Notes under the pieces: model-generated
Database searches by the model: none
Seen by the model: only the letters and a program-made list of their open reading frames with translations
What the model was told of the DNA's origin: nothing
Part shown: positions 28,490 to 32,000 of the stretch, one piece after another
Layout of the letters: the number at the start of each line of letters is the position of its first letter
How positions within the stretch are numbered: position 1 is the stretch's first letter
Assembly (NCBI RefSeq): GCF_000016745.1
Contig: NC_009483.1
Span: forward strand, 4,410,001 to 4,442,000
Reading direction: 5' to 3'
Length of the DNA stretch: 32,000 nt
Source of the DNA: Geotalea uraniireducens Rf4
GTDB taxonomy: Bacteria; Desulfobacterota; Desulfuromonadia; Geobacterales; Geobacteraceae
Position numbers and translations under genes: made by a program

Positions 28490-29646
28490 CTGGCACCACC
28501 CGCAGCCTTCTGATAAACCTCCAGGGTCTTACGCGCCGTATTTTCCCAGTCAAACAGTTTCACCCTCTGCAACCCCTTAACCCTCAACTGCTCTCTGGCT
28601 CCTTCGTCATTCCAGACCATCCAGAGCTTGTCGGCCATATCCTCCGGAGAAAGGGGATCGAACTGAATCCCGGCATCACCAGCCACCTCGGGAACGGATG
28701 TCGCCGTGGAGCATACTAGCGGACAACCGCAGGCCATGGCCTCCACCAGCGGAATGCCGAACCCCTCGAAGAGCGAAGGGAAAACCATCAGCCGGGCAAG
28801 GTTGTAAAGGTACGGGAGTTCATCGGAAGGTAGATAGCCCAAGACCTTCACCGTAGCATCAAGACCGAGCCTGCCGACCTCCCCCTGGATTTCGCCGTGC
28901 GCCTGTTTGGCAATGCCGGTAAGGACGAGCTGGCCGTCAAAGCCGCGCCTCTCCTGCAAAATCTTCCAGGCCGCCAGGAGTGTCTTGTGATTCTTATGGG
29001 GCCAGCTCGCCGCCGGATAATAGGCAAACGGCCTTTCCAGGCCGTAGCGGAGCTTCAGCTCCGCCAGCCCCACGGCATCGTCAATTACCCGGAATTCGGC
29101 GCCGCAACCGGGATAAATCACGTCAATTTTCCCTGCATCAATCCCGTATTTTTCCACAAGACAGTCCTTAACATGCCGGGAAATGGCGATGATCCTGGTC
29201 GCCTTTTCAGCAGAAGGGCGGGATATCTGTTTACGGATGGCCAATTCGAGTTTTGAGAAAAACTGCGGGAAATATTCCTGCTGCATGTCAAGAAAGGTCA
29301 ACACTGAGGGTATCTGGGACCACTGGGGGTTCAGGACAGTGAACGGATGATGAATGACATCGAGCTTTAGCCCTTTCAGTCGCAGGTTTACCAGATCCAG
29401 ATGGATCATCTTTTTCAGCATGCCACGGATGAGCCAGTTGAGCGAGGGTTTGTCGTAATTGCAGAGCGTAACCCTGAACGAGTCGTTGGAGAGGGGGAAC
29501 TCGCGGACCTTGCGTGCATCGCACAACAGGGCATAGCTGTTTTCCCTGTCCACCCGCTGCAGATGGTGAACGAGATTCCTGAAATATGTCTCCTGCCCCC
29601 CCATCTCGCCGGGAGAAAAATTCAGGGCGCTGATCCCTATATGCAT
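28486..29646 (-). CDS. GT4-family glycosyltransferase
   Basis: 'EGFGIPLVEAMACGCPLVCS'; N-terminus 'MHIGISALNFSPG'. Confidence 0.88.
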   Translation of the reverse strand: MHIGISALNFSPGEMGGQETYFRNLVHHLQRVDRENSYALLCDARKVREFPLSNDSFRVTLCNYDKPSLNWLIRGMLKKMIHLDLVNLRLKGLKLDVIHHPFTVLNPQWSQIPSVLTFLDMQQEYFPQFFSKLELAIRKQISRPSAEKATRIIAISRHVKDCLVEKYGIDAGKIDVIYPGCGAEFRVIDDAVGLAELKLRYGLERPFAYYPAASWPHKNHKTLLAAWKILQERRGFDGQLVLTGIAKQAHGEIQGEVGRLGLDATVKVLGYLPSDELPYLYNLARLMVFPSLFEGFGIPLVEAMACGCPLVCSTATSVPEVAGDAGIQFDPLSPEDMADKLWMVWNDEGAREQLRVKGLQRVKLFDWENTARKTLEVYQKAAGGAR

Positions 29647-29765
29647 GGTGTTTCAATTCCCGGTGTGGCGTTCATTATCAAAACCGTCTTTATCTCTCTT
29701 TTAAAGCAGAGCCATTATTGCGTTTATCAGCGTCCAATAGAAGTTTTAATTCCGAAAGGGTCAAG

Positions 29766-30926
29766 TCAACCTGCCGTGATTGTTCGGAAAACATCAAGCG
29801 TCTCACGGGCGCATTTTTCCCAGGTAAACAATTTTGCCCGTTCACGGCCTCTCTCAATGCAGGTTCTTCTCAACGCCTCGTCGCCAAGGAGACGGGCAAT
29901 GCCCGCCGCAATGTCCTCAACCGAGTGGGGATAGACCAGCAGCGCGGAGTCACCGGCAACCTCCGGCAGACACGACGCATTCGATGACACCACCGGTACA
30001 CCACAGGCCATGGCCTCCAGGAGCGGCAAGCCGAATCCTTCATAGAAACTGGGGAACACGAACAAGTCCGCCAGGTTATAGATGACCGGCAGATCCGTTT
30101 CGTCCACATAGCCGGTAAAATGGACCTTTTCCCCAAGACCAAGGGTGCGGATGAGTTCTTTCAGACCTTCGTTTTTCCAGCCGGAACCACCGGCAATCAC
30201 CAGCGTATGACTGAAATCCGGACGAGCGCAGAGTTGCGCATAGGCCCGCATCAACCCATCGAGATTCTTGCGTGGCTGCACAGTGCCAACAAAGAGGATA
30301 AACCGGGAAGGCAGCCTGTAGCGGTCCCGCACTGTTGCCTGCAGGTCGGGATCAGGTAGCGGTTTGAATCCTTCATCCACACCAAGATAAATGACCCGGA
30401 CCTTCTCTTCGGGGACATCAAGAAACCGCATGATATCCTTTTTGGTATTTTCAGAATCAGCAATAAGGAGATGGGCCTTTTTGGCCGCTTGCGGCAGCTC
30501 GTTCTTCAAATAGCCGATGTTTACCTCATCCACCGCATCCGGGAAATATTCATGGGCCATGTCATGGATGGTAAGCACGGTTTTGGCCGAGCCGGTAAAA
30601 ACACCGCGGAAATTTGTCCCGAAAAAGATATCCGCATTGGCAATTTTGATCGATTTGCCAGTAACCTTTGCCTGCAAAAACAGCAGGAAGCGACAAACCG
30701 TGATAAAAGGAAATGGTGCCTTGAAGACTGTAAAGAATCTATTGTCGTCAGACAATTCATTGTCCAGCTTGATAGTGTTGTAAAACGGCGACCCACAGAG
30801 CGCATCAGTCAAATAATACTCATTTTCAGGGGCCATTTTTAAAAATTGCGTAAGCAAATGGTGGGTATAATAGCCAATTCCGGTTTTTTCAATCATTACC
30901 GGGATAGCGTCGACAACAATTTTCAT
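29766..30926 (-). CDS. GT4-family glycosyltransferase
   Basis: '[20 protein letters not shown]'. ATGA overlap with the gmd copy 2 stop. Confidence 0.88.
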   Translation of the reverse strand: MKIVVDAIPVMIEKTGIGYYTHHLLTQFLKMAPENEYYLTDALCGSPFYNTIKLDNELSDDNRFFTVFKAPFPFITVCRFLLFLQAKVTGKSIKIANADIFFGTNFRGVFTGSAKTVLTIHDMAHEYFPDAVDEVNIGYLKNELPQAAKKAHLLIADSENTKKDIMRFLDVPEEKVRVIYLGVDEGFKPLPDPDLQATVRDRYRLPSRFILFVGTVQPRKNLDGLMRAYAQLCARPDFSHTLVIAGGSGWKNEGLKELIRTLGLGEKVHFTGYVDETDLPVIYNLADLFVFPSFYEGFGLPLLEAMACGVPVVSSNASCLPEVAGDSALLVYPHSVEDIAAGIARLLGDEALRRTCIERGRERAKLFTWEKCARETLDVFRTITAG

Positions 30927-31879
30927 GACTGCAACTCACTGTCCATCATCATCTGCACCACATCTTTCATTGCATACTTTGCCCGCCAGTCAAGTTCCTT
31001 GAAAGCCTTGGCAGGGTTCCCTTTGCCAACGGCAATGTCGGTCGGTCTTAGCAGAGACGGATCGGTAACCACATGCTCGCGCCAATCCAGCCCCACACAC
31101 CTGAAGGTCTCGGCCACAAACTCTTCCAGGGAATGGGTCTCGCCCGTGGCGATGACGAAGTCATCCGGCGTCTCCTTTTGCAGCATGCGCCACATGGCAT
31201 CCACATACTCCGGTGCCCATCCCCAGTCGCGGCAGATAGAGATGTTGCCCAGGTTGAGTTTTTCACCTCTTCCCGCTGCAATCCGGCAGGCAGCCGACAC
31301 GATCTTTCTGGTGACGAACCGTTCGGGTCGCAGGGGGGACTCGTGATTGAACAGAATCCCCGAGCAGGCGAACAGGCCGTACGCCTCGCGGTAATTGGCC
31401 ACTTCCCAGAAGGCGGTTGCCTTGGCCACCGCATAGGGGCTGCGGGGGCGGAACGGTGTTGTTTCATCGGCGGCAGCGCCGCCGGTATCGCCGAAAGATT
31501 CACTGGAACCGGCATTGTAAAACCTGATCGGGGTGTTCAGGAACCGGATCGCCTCCAGGATGTTGAGGGTCCCGACGCTGATGCTCTCCAGCGTCTCCAC
31601 CGGCTGGTCAAAGGAGAGCCCGACCGAACTCTGACCGGCCAGGTTGTACAGCTCATCGGGCTTAATCCTGACCAAGGTCTGCAGGACGCTGCGGAAGTCA
31701 TTGAGCGCCATGGATTCGACGTTTACCTGGGAACGTATCCCCAGTTTTTCCAGGTTGTAAAAGGTGGACATCTGCGCATCGCGCGCAGTGCCGTAGACTT
31801 CGTAGCCTTTACTCACCAAAAGTTGGGCGAGGTATGCGCCGTCTTGGCCGGATACGCCACAGATCAGGGCTTTTTTCAT
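30923..31879 (-). CDS. gmd: GDP-mannose 4,6-dehydratase (short form), copy 2
   Basis: Start placed at ATG 31879 (MKKALICGVSGQDGAYLAQLL). 'GILFNHESPLRPERFVTRKI', 'RDWGWAPEYVDAMWRMLQ'. An AT-rich non-coding leader lies upstream. Confidence 0.92.
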   Translation of the reverse strand: MKKALICGVSGQDGAYLAQLLVSKGYEVYGTARDAQMSTFYNLEKLGIRSQVNVESMALNDFRSVLQTLVRIKPDELYNLAGQSSVGLSFDQPVETLESISVGTLNILEAIRFLNTPIRFYNAGSSESFGDTGGAAADETTPFRPRSPYAVAKATAFWEVANYREAYGLFACSGILFNHESPLRPERFVTRKIVSAACRIAAGRGEKLNLGNISICRDWGWAPEYVDAMWRMLQKETPDDFVIATGETHSLEEFVAETFRCVGLDWREHVVTDPSLLRPTDIAVGKGNPAKAFKELDWRAKYAMKDVVQMMMDSELQS

Positions 31880-32000
31880 TATTCCATTTCCCTTCCTAAC
31901 AACATTAGCTAAACAGTTCTTGCTGTCACAAAGAATCAATCAATAGTGTATTTATTTTTTTACCTATCGATTCCCAGGTATAATTATCGGACACTTTTTC

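Noticed and set aside
1-32000. JUMPStart/ops element (GGCGGTAG) for RfaH-type antitermination. The GGCGGTC heptamer looks similar.
   Set aside because: I found no exact GGCGGTAG on the coding strand. The heptamer differs at the critical 3' positions and is repeated, unlike ops.

Overview
All credible genes in this 32-kb window are on the minus strand. Together they form one long surface-glycan (LPS / O-antigen / EPS-type) biosynthesis cluster in a GC-rich bacterium. Hand counts of single 60-nt lines give about 58-62% G+C in the flanks. The cluster contains 13 recognisable glycosyltransferase genes (GT2, GT4, GT9) plus one divergent GT-B-like gene; one GT2 is broken by an in-frame TAG. It also holds two GDP-mannose 4,6-dehydratase paralogues and a CDP-3,6-dideoxyhexose block (ddhA-ddhB-ddhC-prt-tyv) with no ddhD. 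The rest are a Wzx flippase, two SAM methyltransferases, a MarR/EPS-type regulator with an extra C-terminal domain, and two large GT-C-type membrane proteins. One GT-C protein is YfhO-like. The other is PMT/TMTC-like with a TPR tail and is grouped with a GtrB-like GT2 and a DUF2304 protein. An AT-richer insert (about 9.8-13.7 kb) with a decayed transposase fragment suggests horizontal acquisition. The most unusual signal is not a gene. A family of heptanucleotide (period-7) tandem arrays sits on or next to stop codons, mostly at module borders, and several are arranged as inverted arrays or long palindromes. One array lies in frame inside the GT-C/TPR gene. G8-G9 homopolymer tracts occur in the same module. 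I see no rRNA, tRNA, CRISPR array or intact mobile element. All family calls come from motifs read by eye and from memory of the families, not from searches.
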